Shown here: positions 53,286-64,000 of the stretch, in pieces
Position numbering within the stretch: position 1 is the first letter of the stretch
Layout: the number at the start of each line of letters is the position of its first letter
Assembly (NCBI RefSeq): GCF_964213995.1
Contig: NC_135816.1
Span: forward strand, 10,974,001 to 11,038,000
DNA from: Mustelus asterias
Lineage: Eukaryota
DNA length: 64,000 nucleotides
Direction of reading: 5' to 3'
The notes under the pieces: model-generated
The model's input: only the letters and a program-made list of their open reading frames with translations
Told to the model about the DNA's origin: nothing
The model's database searches: none
Position numbers and translations under genes: made by a program

Positions 53286-53460
53286 ACTGCACAGGGAAGT
53301 GGCAGCCTTGGATAATGTGCTGATGCTCCCCATCCCCCTCTGAATGAAGTGATGAGTGAAACTTGAACCCTCAAAGTATTGACTAAGAGGTGAGAGTGTT
53401 ATGTTAGATCCCTCCGGGTGCTTATATACAAGGTCGACTGATATTCAGTTCAATACGGTA

Positions 53461-53520
53461 GGGACTTTCCATGCTAGACCGTGCCAACTTCCTCTTTACT
53501 TGTGGCTGAGAGTGTTTAAA
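53461..53520 (+). promoter_or_regulatory. CD74 proximal promoter: NF-kB site, PU.1/ETS box, TATA-like element
   Basis: GGGACTTTCC at 53461-53470; AACTTCCTCTTT at 53486-53497 (reverse AAAGAGGAAGTT); TTTAAA at 53515-53520; 110-170 bp upstream of the ATG. Confidence 0.65.
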
Positions 53521-53628
53521 ACAAAACCCTTGATCAGACTGCGCACATACCTCTCTCTGGCAGCACGAGAGTGAAGTCTTCTGTGGACAGTCCAAACTGG
53601 TGGAGTTTGCTTTGACAAAGGTTCCACA

Positions 53629-53729
53629 ATGTCAGCCGATGAGCAGCAGAACGCTTTGCTGAACAATTCACAGCAAGACATTGCCAGTCATTCCAATGTG
53701 GAAGCCAGGACCACCGTTACAGGGCAGAG
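53629..53729 (+). CDS. CD74: MHC class II invariant chain, exon 1 (cytoplasmic tail)
   Basis: ACA-ATG start; MSADEQQNALLNNSQQDIASHSNVEARTTVTGQ with an acidic dileucine motif; donor AG|GTAAGA; phase 2 joins exon 2 in frame. Confidence 0.8.
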
Positions 53730-55688
53730 GTAAGATTAACGCTTCAACAATCGTCTGTCACTTTGCATGGAATTGTTTGTCGTAATCCCAGCAAGGGAAC
53801 AAAAAAACCCCTCTGATCCTCACTCAACAACTGAATGTGGTTCTGACTGTATCCAGAAGGACAGAATCTGAGTCCTGAGAAAGCTGCAGGTTAAACTTCT
53901 TACCTGCCACATCTTTCCAGGACTTGTCTTTATTTCTTAATGCATTCCTGGAACACTGGCCTGGGCCAGTATTTATTGCCCATTTCCATTCTGTGGCGAA
54001 GCCGCCTTCTTGAACTGTTGCCACCTGTGTGGTGCAGGTGGACCCTTTGACAAAGCTTTGACAAAGGGTCATCTGGACTCGAAACATCAGCTCTTTTCTC
54101 TCCTTACAGATGCTGCCAGACCTGCTGAGATTTTTCAGCGTTTTCCCTTTTGGTTTCAGATTCCAGCATCCGCAGTAATTTGCTTTTATCCAGTGTTTTC
54201 CCTCGGGCCCTGGTTAATATTTGTACCTCAATCAATATCAACACTGAAAAAACAGTCTGGGGATTATATTACTGTGTGTGGGATCTTGCAGTGCGCGCTT
54301 TAGCGAGCGTGTTACCTACATTACAATAGTTATTACACTTCAGAAAATACTTAATTTAAAAAAAATGTTTTGGGACAAAGTGGGATCAGGAAAAGCACTG
54401 CCGGGATGGAAATCCCTTTTGTCTTTGTTTAAAATGTACTCAGATTCATAAAACAATGCTCCAGGTTCTGGGAACAAAAGGCGATTTTCTTAAGCTGGAC
54501 TCTTGAGGGGTAATGGAGATTCTTTATGTAATATGATCCATTGTATCTGTTCAAAGACAAAAGCAGATCGATCAGAATCTGAAAGGGTTACGGTGGGGTC
54601 CGAGCTCGAGAGTTTTCCTCACTTTCTAAAACTGCTGCACATATTTTTTCTTTTTGTTTCGAATTTTGGAATCCTTCGTGAGCCAACATCTTTACTTTCG
54701 TGTCTTTGTCTGTTCCCCCAAGCTATATCTCGATCCTCTCCCCTTTGTGCAACATCAAACCAGCCGCGTTGAAAAGAAAGATCAGAAGTTTGGGGCAGTT
54801 CCATTTCTGTCAAAGCCCAGCACCTCCCAGTCACCCGACTTTATCATTCACAACTTTAAGCAGGTGGTTCAGCCCCACTCACACTCAGCCCATACACACA
54901 CTCACTCACACACTCATACACACAAAATCCCAGTGTCAGTCACACACCCTCCACCAGAGGTCAGTGGTGAGTTGTGAGGTGCTTCTATCTCATTCTGTTG
55001 TAATCTGTTTAACAATGTCTATGATGTGGAGATGCTGGCGTTGGACTGGGATGAACACAGTAAGAGTTTTAACAACACCAGGTTAAAGTCCAACAGGTTT
55101 ATTTGGTAGCAAATACCATTAGCTTTCGGAGCGCTCATTCACTCCATCTGACGAAGGAGCAGCGCTCCGAAAGCTAATGGTGTTTGCTAACAATGTCTAT
55201 ACCACTGGTCTGAGATCACTGACACTAGTCTTCCTGTCCTCACACCTTCCTCTTCACTCCCAATGAGGAATATTTCCCTTGTGATCCAGAACAGTGAGAG
55301 TCAATACAAAAAGTGGGGCATCGTAAATCAATTTATGCTACACTCACCTAATATTGGGCGGCACGGTAGCACAGTGGTTAGCACTGCTGCTTCACAGCTC
55401 CAGGGTCCTGGGTTCGATTCCCGGCTCGGGTCACTGTCTATGTGGAGTTTGCACATTCTCTTCGTGTCTGCGTGGGTTTCCTCCGGGTGCTCCGGTTTCC
55501 TCCCACAGTCCAAAGATGTGCGGGTTAGGTTGATTGGCCAGGTTAAAAATTGCCCCTTCGAGTCCTGGGATGCATAGGTTAGAGGGATTAGCAGGTAAAT
55601 ATGTGGGGGTAGGGCCTGGGTGGGATTGTGGTCGGTGCAGACTCGATGGGCCGAATGGCCTCCTTCTGCACTGTAGGGTTTCTATGAT

Positions 55689-56112
55689 GTACACACACAC
55701 ACACAGACACATACACTCACAGACCCACACACACGGACCCACACACACACATGGACACACACTCACAGATACACACACACGGATCCACACACATGGACCC
55801 ACACTCTCACAGACACACACATACACGCACACACACACTCACAGACGCACATACACAGACCCACACACACAGACCCACACACACAGACCCACATACATGG
55901 ACAGGCACACGCTCCCACACACAGGGACAAGAATACTCACACAGGCATGCATGCATCCACACAAACATGTATATGCACATATACAGGCATATTTGTATGC
56001 ACATACAGGCATGCTCCCACACACACAGATACACGCATATGCACACACAGACACAAAACAGCCACACACAAAGAACATGCAGACACACAGACACACAGTC
56101 ATGCACACGCAC
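55689..56112. repeat. Degenerate (CA)n microsatellite
   Basis: CA/CAGA/CATA runs; source of the HT-rich and CV-rich ORFs. Confidence 0.95.
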
Positions 56113-58837
56113 TGTAGACATTGGTCGGAAACAGGATCTTCAGCTGAATTTGATCCTTTCTCCGGGCCCCAGGACGCCACTGAGCTTTACAAAAAAATGG
56201 TCTGCGCAGGGAAAGTTTCCAGCTGTGGTTAAAGTTAATTTCCCACCTCCGATATGAACCTGAATCCAGGTTCAAACCAGGTAGCCCGCATTCACCCAGT
56301 GTGGACAAGTTCGCAGGTTTTAACGAACGTTCTCTTTGACGGACTTACAAATAAATTAATTTCTGGTGGAATCTTGGTCTATTTGTTTGTCATTGTAACG
56401 GGAGGGATTTACATTGCAGTGTTATGTTCTGAGGGATCTGGATGTGGGGCTTTGTACACTGGCCTGTTACCCTGCAGAGTGGATCAGCTGGGAGGGTGGT
56501 TATTGACCTGTGGGCATCAGAGCATTGGATCTACCTTGTATCAGCTTTGGCTGGTATCAAGTGTGATTGACACCTCACTTCTGGCCTGAAACCTTTTTTA
56601 TCCACTTCCGTCAGGCCAGGCTATAATAAAACCAGAAAGTCAGCTACGGACAAGAAATTAAAGTCACCAAAGTCCCAGAGGACCATTGGCTGCTCTCCCT
56701 TTCTGAGAGAGAGCTGACTGGTGGCGATTTTAACCTGATGGGTCACCACACCTCAGACAAGGAGCAAGTTCCTCATGGATAGCCTCAGCTGGTACGGGAA
56801 TTGAACCCACCCTGTTGGCATCACTCTGCATTGTGAATCAGCCATCCAGCCAACTGAGCTAACCTGTCCCCTTTATTGGCCAGGAGGCAGCCATGAAAAC
56901 CAGCAAGGGCTAATGTGAGCGCAATCCCTGAACCAGCTGTCAAACAAAATGGCCGCCCTTCTACTGGCAGGGCATTCTTTGAGACAGTGGGCGGGATTTT
57001 AGGGCCTCGCTCGCCCTGACACTGTAAAATCCCACACGAGGTCAACGCACCTTCCTGTGGTCTGCCCCTTGCCTGCTCCAAGTACCGGTAAAATTCCACC
57101 CATTACTTCAGTTGGACCTGGGCATCAGTTTTCATGAAGTCTGCCCTAACAGGATGGCACGATGGCACAGTGGTTAGCACTGCTGTCTCACAGCGCCAGG
57201 GACAGGGTTCGATTCCCGGCTTGGGTCACTGTCTGTGTGGAGTCTGCACGTTCTCCCCCGTGTCTGCGTGGGTTTCCTCCGGGTGCTCCGGTTTCCTCCC
57301 ACAGTCCAAGGATGTGTGGGTTGGGTGGATTAGCCATGCAGAATTGCCCCTTAGTGCCAGGGGGGACTAGCTAGGGTAAATGCATGGAGTTATGGGAATA
57401 GGGCCTGGGTGGGATTGTCATCGGTGCAGACTCAATGGGCCGAATGGCCTCCGACTGCACTGTAGGATTCTATGATTCTAGGATGTGGAGCAGTCATGTA
57501 TAAACCATTAGCACAGTCCCAAGGTTATTGTTGTCATTTGGGTACTTGTAGCGGCCATTTTGTTTGAGCACTGTCGGGGAGAGAATGGTCAAACCTAAGA
57601 TGGAATTTCTATGACTCTAAAATGGCTGCTATTCTGTCAGTGGCTGCAATGTGAAAATGATGAAAACTGAGACATTTGTCATAACCTATCCAGCAAGATT
57701 CATCAAAAATCCCAATTTAATTTTAAAAAGGGTGAATACAGCTGTGAAAATCATTTGAATCATCCCCGCCCACACTCACAATAGTTTCCTGTGTTTTGAT
57801 ATCTCATCCTTTCATTGCTCAGTTAGAAGAGGAAGTCTTCATTATCTCAGATTTTAATTACATCCGTAAGCGTCCTGGGACAAGAGGACTGTCACTGGGT
57901 AAACATCTGGAGAGTGGACTTAAATCAATCCCTCTTTCAAAGGGCCAGTACAGACACAGCAGGCCAAATGGCCTTTCATGCTGCCAGATTCTGAGATGAT
58001 TCTACAACCAGTGTAAGTTTTCAAGTCAAGCTTATAAACTCACCTTGCTGGGATTAAATTCACCATTCCCTCCCCCCCCGTGGGACCGTGATCTGGTAAA
58101 ACAAAATGCACCTCATCATAAAGCCTGCTCAATTTCCATTGTAGTGGATCTTAGTGGAATTTTGCGTTCTATAAATGGATGTGGAAGCCATTTGCAAATC
58201 GCTACCCATCGTGCGGCAGGCATGAGGTGGAGGTTCCAAAATTTAACTCACTGGCAAAGACATTCTGTTTGATTTGCTTCCCAGACATTTCATCATTCCA
58301 TTTTCCTTGTTTCATGAACTACCCTGGATGGTCTTTCTCAAACAAATACAGCAGAAGGAAATAAAATTATCATAGAGTTTGACAGCACAGAATGAGGCCT
58401 TTCAGTCCATCGTATCTGCGCCAGCCCTCAAGCAGCTTTCTAATCTAATCCCATTTTCCAGCACTTCCTATAGAATCCTTACAGTGCAGGAGGGGGCCAT
58501 TCAGCCCATCAAGTGAGCACCGACTTTCTGACTGAACATCCCACCCAGGCCCTCTTCCCATAACCCTGCACATTTACCCCACTAATCCCCCTAATTTACA
58601 CATCTTTGGACCCCAGGGGGCAATTTAACATGCCCAATCCATCTAACCTGCATATCTTTGGACTGTGGGAGGAAACCCACACAGACATGGGGAGAACGTG
58701 CAGACTCCACACAGACAGTGACCCAAGGCCGGAATTGAACCCGGCTCCCTGGCATCGTGAGACAGTAATGCTAACCACCGTGCCACCGTGCTGCCCTCAC
58801 TTGGCCTTGTATACAATGGCGTTTCAAATCCTCTCAA

Positions 58838-59566
58838 TGTTGGAGGGTTCCCACCTCTGCGACAACAGGGTTGTCTTGGTAACAGGCTTCATGCATTTGA
58901 ATGTATGAATTTTGCCCAATCAAATTAAAGCAGGCACTCAGCTACCAAGAACCTATAAGATTTGAATTTGATGTTTTGACAACAGCAGACCAATCCTATT
59001 GTAGGAAAATTGTCAGGTCATCACAGGTATAAAAGAGAGTGAAATGAGGGAAAAACAGTTGGTTAGCAACTGCCATCTCTCAAGTCGAGAGAGAGAGAGA
59101 GCAGCTCCACCCTGCCAGCTGTATATATCTCTTAAGAGAACACAGCATCTAACCAGAGAAAGATACCAAATCAAAAGGAACTCAGAGACCGAGGGAATCC
59201 ACAAAGGACACCAAAAGCTTCTGAAAGCCACAAAACCTGGTTGTATTATCAGAGAGTGACGGAATTCTATTATTATATTTTTGGTTAATGAATGAGTATT
59301 GTATTCATTTGAACAGCATTCCAGTAGAATCTTATTTGACTCGGGACGTTACTTGTTCAGTTAAAGTTCCCAGTTAGTTAAATAAATAAATTGTTAAGTG
59401 TTCGTGTTAAAGTGAGTGTGGGGTATTTCTGTCCGTCACCCACTAAATGTTACTGGAGAACAGTTCACACCTTCCCACACACTTTTCACAGATTACTAGG
59501 CGAGGGATTCCTCTTTGGGTGGATTCGACGTTACGTCTTAAAGGGAACAACCTCCGCGTGGTAACA
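58838..59566 (+). mobile_element. Possible solo LTR in CD74 intron 1
   Basis: TGTT...AACA termini with CCAAT (~58990), TATAAAA (~59028) and AATAAA (~59385) in U3-R-U5 order; no clear target-site duplication. Confidence 0.5.
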
Positions 59567-60213
59567 CTATCTATATCTCACATCCAGATTCCCACTTCCC
59601 TCTGGGTGAAAAGATTTACATATTTGGATGTTAGCTACAAGGACAATCCCTGGTTCATGCTGACAAATACATCTGAGAAATTCTGGTTGGATAAAACGCT
59701 GTATGATTATAGTCTTCAAATTCATGTTGGAATGCGGGCCATCATTTGCTGCCCATCCCTCACTGAAAGAGAAATTCTTGCATTTCTATAGCGCTTTTCA
59801 CGATCTCAGGGTGCTCTAAGGCTCATTACAGTCAATTAACTACTTTCTAAACTGTTATACAAAAATACAAAATGCAGCAGCAGGAGTGGCCCACATGGCC
59901 CATCGAGCCTCCTCCACCTTCAATCAAATTGTGGCTGATCTCGGGTTTCAACTCCATTTTCCCACCCACTCCCCATATTTTTATTCATTCATGGGACATG
60001 GGCGTCACTGGCTGGCCAGCATTCATTGCCCAGCCCTAGTTGACCTTGTGCTGTAAGTCAACCACATTGCTGTGGCTCTGGAGTCACATGTAGGCCAGAC
60101 CAGGTAAGGACGGCAGATTTCCTTCCCTGAAGGGCATTAATATACCAGATGGGTTTTTCTGACAATTGACAGCCATATCCCTTAATTCTCTGAGAAACCA
60201 AAAATCTGTCTGT

Positions 60214-60695
60214 CCCAAAAGAGAAAATGCTGGAAAACCTCAGCAGGTCTGGCAGCATCTGTAAGGAGAGAAAAGAGCTGATGTTTCAAGTCCAGATAAT
60301 CCTTTGTCAAAGCTAAAAGGCAGAGAAGGTGGGAGATATTTATACTGCAGGGGGAGGGAATGAAGGATGAGTCACAGTCACAAAAAAAGGGGAAAGGTAG
60401 CTACCGGCAGTCTATAGAGAGAATAGGAGAGAAGAGAAAGAACCTTCTATTCCCTCTATGGGCTGCCATTAGCAATCTTTGCCCTTGTTTCTGTGGCTAT
60501 GACTCATCTTTCATTCCCTCCCCCTGCAGTTTAAATATCTCCCACTTTCTCTGCCTTTTAGCTTTGACAAAGGGTCATCTGGACTCGAAACGTCAGCTCT
60601 TTTCTCTCCTTACAGATGCTGCCAGACCTGCTGAGATTTTCCAGCATTTTCTCTTTTGGTTTCAGATTCCAGCATTCCCACAGTAATTTGCTTTT
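60214..60695. mobile_element. Inverted pair of Penelope-type pseudo-LTR fragments. Related single arms at ~50740-50865 and 54045-54190
   Basis: ~180-bp inverted arms containing TGACAAAGGGTCATCTGGACTCGAAACGTCA, a degenerate hammerhead-like motif. Confidence 0.6.
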
Positions 60696-62016
60696 AATCT
60701 GTCTATCCCAACCTTAAATATGTTCAATGATGAAGCCTCCACATCCCCTGGAGTAGGTAGAGAATTCCAAAGATTCACAACCCATTGGGTGAAGTGATTT
60801 CTCTTCAACTCAGTCCTAAATGATTGGCCCCTTGTCCTGAGAAAGGATATACTGGCACTGGAGAGAATGCAGAGGAGATTCACTAGGTTGATTCCAGAGT
60901 TGAGAGGGTTGGCTTATGAGGAGAGACTGAGTAGACTGGGGCTATACTCTTTGGAATTCAGAAGAATGCGGGGAGATCTTATAGAAACATATAAGATTAT
61001 GAAGGGAATAGATAAGATAGAAGCAGGGAAGTTGTTTCCACTGGTGGGTGAAACTAGAACTAGGGGGCATGGCCTCAAAATAAGGGGAAGCAGATTTAGG
61101 ACTGAGTTGAGGAGGAACTTCTTCACACAAAGGGTTGTGAATCTGTGCAATTCCCTGCCCAGTGAAGCAGTTGAGGCTACCTCATTGAATGTTTTTAAGG
61201 CAAGGATAGATAAATTTTTGAACAGTAAAGGAATTAAGGGTTATGGTGAGTGGGCGGGTAAGTGGAGCTGAGTCCACAAAAAGATCAGCCATGATCTTAT
61301 TGAATGGCGGAGCAGGCTCGAGGGACCAGAAGGCTACTCCTGCTCCTAGTTCTTGTGTTCTTATGAGACTGTGCCCATGTTTTAGATTCCCCGACCAGCA
61401 GAAACACTGTCTCAGCATCAATAGGAAATTCAGTTGCTCTTTTACACACAATACAAGGTCTTACCAACATGGTGGTGGAGGTCAGAATATCGGCCTGACT
61501 GATAGTGATCAAGCAAATAACCATTGAGCGGGAGACTGGACAGAAGGCCACTACTCTCTCTCAGTGAGTGCTACCTACAGAGTGAAATCAAACAGGAAGC
61601 TTTCTTACAATGACCTTGAATCACTCCAGTTGCTATTTGTCATACAGTGGAAGTTTCTAGAATTCCTGACTGCAATCAGTAGGGGATTTCCATGTTCAGG
61701 CTCAATTATAATAACACCCTCGTAAAATAAATCTGAGGCATTAGAACAATCCTTAGTCCAGAAACTCCCTCAGACAATTCAAGGCAGCTCCCCAACATGC
61801 CCCAGTCCAGGAGCACCTCAGATTAACAATTAACATTCCTCATGGCTTTCCCCTACATTGGATACCTCATGGCTCTCTCTGTAATCTCCTCCAGCCTTAC
61901 AGGGAGCTCAAACTCACCCCCACTACTTGTTAGCACAATATTGCCCATGTGGAAAGGTCTCCTGAAATGATACAGGAAAACTGATAGCTTACACCAATAC
62001 ACAAGACATTAAAATG

Positions 62017-62445
62017 CAATGACCCTTGCCCCTTGTTAGCGCAGAGACCCTTGCCCCTGGTTAGTACAGTGACCTTTGCCCCTTGTTAGGGCAGTGACCT
62101 TTGCCCCTTTTAGTACAGTGACCTTTGCCCCTCGTTAGCACAGTGACGCTTGCCCCTTGTTAGTACAGTGACCCTTGCCCCTCATTAACCCATTGACCCT
62201 TGACCCTTGTCAGTGCAGCGACCTTTGCCCCTCGTTGGCGTAGTGACCCTTGCCCCTCGATAGGGCAGTGACCCTTGCCCCTCTTTAACGCATTGACCCT
62301 TGCCCCTGTTTAGCGCAGTGAACCTTGCCCCTCATTAGCCCAGTGACCCTTGACCCTTGTCAGCACAGTGATCTTTGCCCCTCATTAGCACAGTGACCCT
62401 TGCCCCTTATTAGCACAGTGACCTTTACCCCTCATCAGCACAGTG
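62017..62445. repeat. 25-bp minisatellite (~17 copies)
   Basis: Unit approximately CAGTGACCCTTGCCCCTCGTTAGCA. Confidence 0.92.
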
Positions 62446-62519
62446 AATGTAGGAATAGTTGGAGGTAGAAGATATTGCAGTGAAAGTTCAAGGAATGCCA
62501 GCATTTGGCGATCACTTCA

Positions 62520-62910
62520 ACCACCTGGTGCGGAGGGGAGCGGGCAGGCGGGGAAGGCAGAGGACCTCCTTGTGAACCTGCCTCTGGGCCTGGCCAAGCT
62601 TGCCATAAACAGGTCCAGGCAGTGGGTGACTGAGGGAGTCATCTGAAGTGACTGCCTGCCCCTCTTCCGCAGCTATATTCGCAGCTGGGTGTGCCTACAT
62701 AGGGAGCGTGCAGTGTCCACGAGCACCGCTGAGATCTTCTGTACTCATTGGGCACCGCAGGGGCTGGGACGTATTATTGACTCTTTTGATCACATTTTGG
62801 TTTGATGTTTCCTTTATGCTTTGTTTCTTGTTTCAGGTGGTCCTCCTTCCTTTAAGGGGCTGCCCCTTTTACTTTGTCCCTCAGTTTGTTTGGTCAGTTT
62901 AATTGTTTTG
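62520..62910 (+). mobile_element. Tx1/L1-type LINE 3' fragment
   Basis: Decayed peptide EDLLVNL.LGLAKLAINRSRQ...DCLPLFRSYI, followed by a T-rich 3' UTR. Confidence 0.6.
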
Positions 62911-62978
62911 GGAATGGCAACCCCCTCAACCTTAGAGAGCACTCCAATAACCCTCCGTTTGACTTGTCTATTTTCCAG

Positions 62979-63157
62979 CAGCAGCACGTGCTCTCGAAGC
63001 CTCCTCTGGGGCGGTGTGACCGTGCTGGCCGCCATGCTAATCGCTGGGCAGGTAGTCAGCGTCATGTTCTTGCTGAAGCAACAGGACAAGATCACGGGTC
63101 TGCAGAAGACAACAGATCGAATTGAAAACAAGTATTCTTCAGGCCGGTATCCAGTCA
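62979..63157 (+). CDS. CD74: MHC class II invariant chain, exon 2 (transmembrane); the gene continues beyond the window
   Basis: TTTTCCAG acceptor; SSTCSRSLLWGGVTVLAAMLIAGQVVSVMFLLKQQDKITGLQKTT retains the CD74 C-S-R, LxAGQ and FLxxQ landmarks; phase-1 donor GTACGT at 63158; RPS14-CD74 order as in human. Confidence 0.88.
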
Positions 63158-64000
63158 GTACGTACATCCTCTTTCCTTTCAGTACTTTGACTCAAGCCAA
63201 AATAAATCTGAGGGCCCCCGAGATAGGGCAACACGATATTAGCTAAATGGCAAATAGACTGAAAGCAAGTTGTTACATCTCAAGTATTATGCAGAAATGA
63301 TGCTAGTTTCTTACCGTGCAGGAACTGGATTTACAGCGTTTTATATAATGTTCTAAATGCCATTCAGCTCTCGACTTCCAGCTCTTTCTACAGCTCATTA
63401 TTTTCCTCAGAATCAGCAACCAGGTTCAAGCACACTGAGCATCAATAGTAAGCAGACCCACATCCGCCATGATTGAGCACTGCACAATCAAGGTTCGCAA
63501 CAGTAATCTGTGTCAGCAACCAGGCTCAAAAGTTTAAAGTTTTTTGATTAGTGTCACAAGTGGGCTTACATTGACACTGCAATTAAGTTACTGTGAAAAT
63601 CTCCCAGTCACCACACTCCGGCGCCTGTTCGGGTACACTGAGGGAGAATTTACACTCGGGTACACTGAGGGAGAATTTAGCACGGCCAATCCACCTAACC
63701 AGCATGTCTTTCGGACTGTGGGAGGAAACCGGAGCACCCGAAGGAAACCTACGCAGACACGGGGCGAACATGCAGATTCCACACAGTGACCCAAGCCGGG
63801 AATTGAACCTGGGTCCCTGGTGCTGTGAGGCAGCAGTGCTAACCACTGTGCCACTGTTCCACCCCCAAGACCTGGTTTCGATTCCCGGCTTGGGTGACTG
63901 TCTGTGTGGAGTTTGCATGTTCTCCCCGTGTCTACGTGGGTTCCCTCCGGGTGCTCCGGTTTCCTCCCACACTCCAAAGATACGCAGATTAGGTGGAGTG

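Noticed and set aside
53521-53628. Upstream in-frame start giving a p35-like N-terminally extended CD74
   Set aside because: In-frame TGA at 53572-53574 and no ATG between it and 53629.
55431-56257. His/Thr-rich and Cys/Val-rich ORFs
   Set aside because: Translations of a SINE plus a (CA)n microsatellite.
62821-63246. Single-exon 141-aa membrane protein
   Set aside because: Only 62979-63157 is CD74-like and bounded by splice sites; the rest is intron and LINE tail read-through.

Overview
Repeat-rich vertebrate genomic DNA, almost certainly from a shark or other cartilaginous fish (abundant HE1-type V-SINEs, CR1/HER1 and Rex-Babar LINE fragments, Penelope-derived elements, DeuSINE-like relics). 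Two + strand protein-coding genes are supported. RPS14 is complete: a non-coding 5'TOP exon at ~5462-5495 and coding exons of 149+162+77+68 nt (151 aa). About 41 kb downstream lie exons 1-2 of CD74 (MHC class II invariant chain), the same gene order as in human. Two features stand out. (1) Each of the four RPS14 introns carries a near-identical 132-nt H/ACA snoRNA resembling SNORA63/E3 (EIF4A2-hosted in human), and both pseudouridylation pockets pair with conserved 28S rRNA sequence. (2) The RPS14-CD74 interval holds five dispersed, co-oriented copies of an ~80-bp module that reads on the minus strand as S-like / X1 / X2 / CCAAT, with MHC-II-type X1-X2 spacing. This is a candidate array of distal RFX-CIITA enhancers for shark CD74, whose proximal promoter shows kB and PU.1 sites but no obvious X-Y module. 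Nearly all other long ORFs are transposon remnants or tandem-repeat artefacts. Family names are from recall and motif reading; no database search was run.
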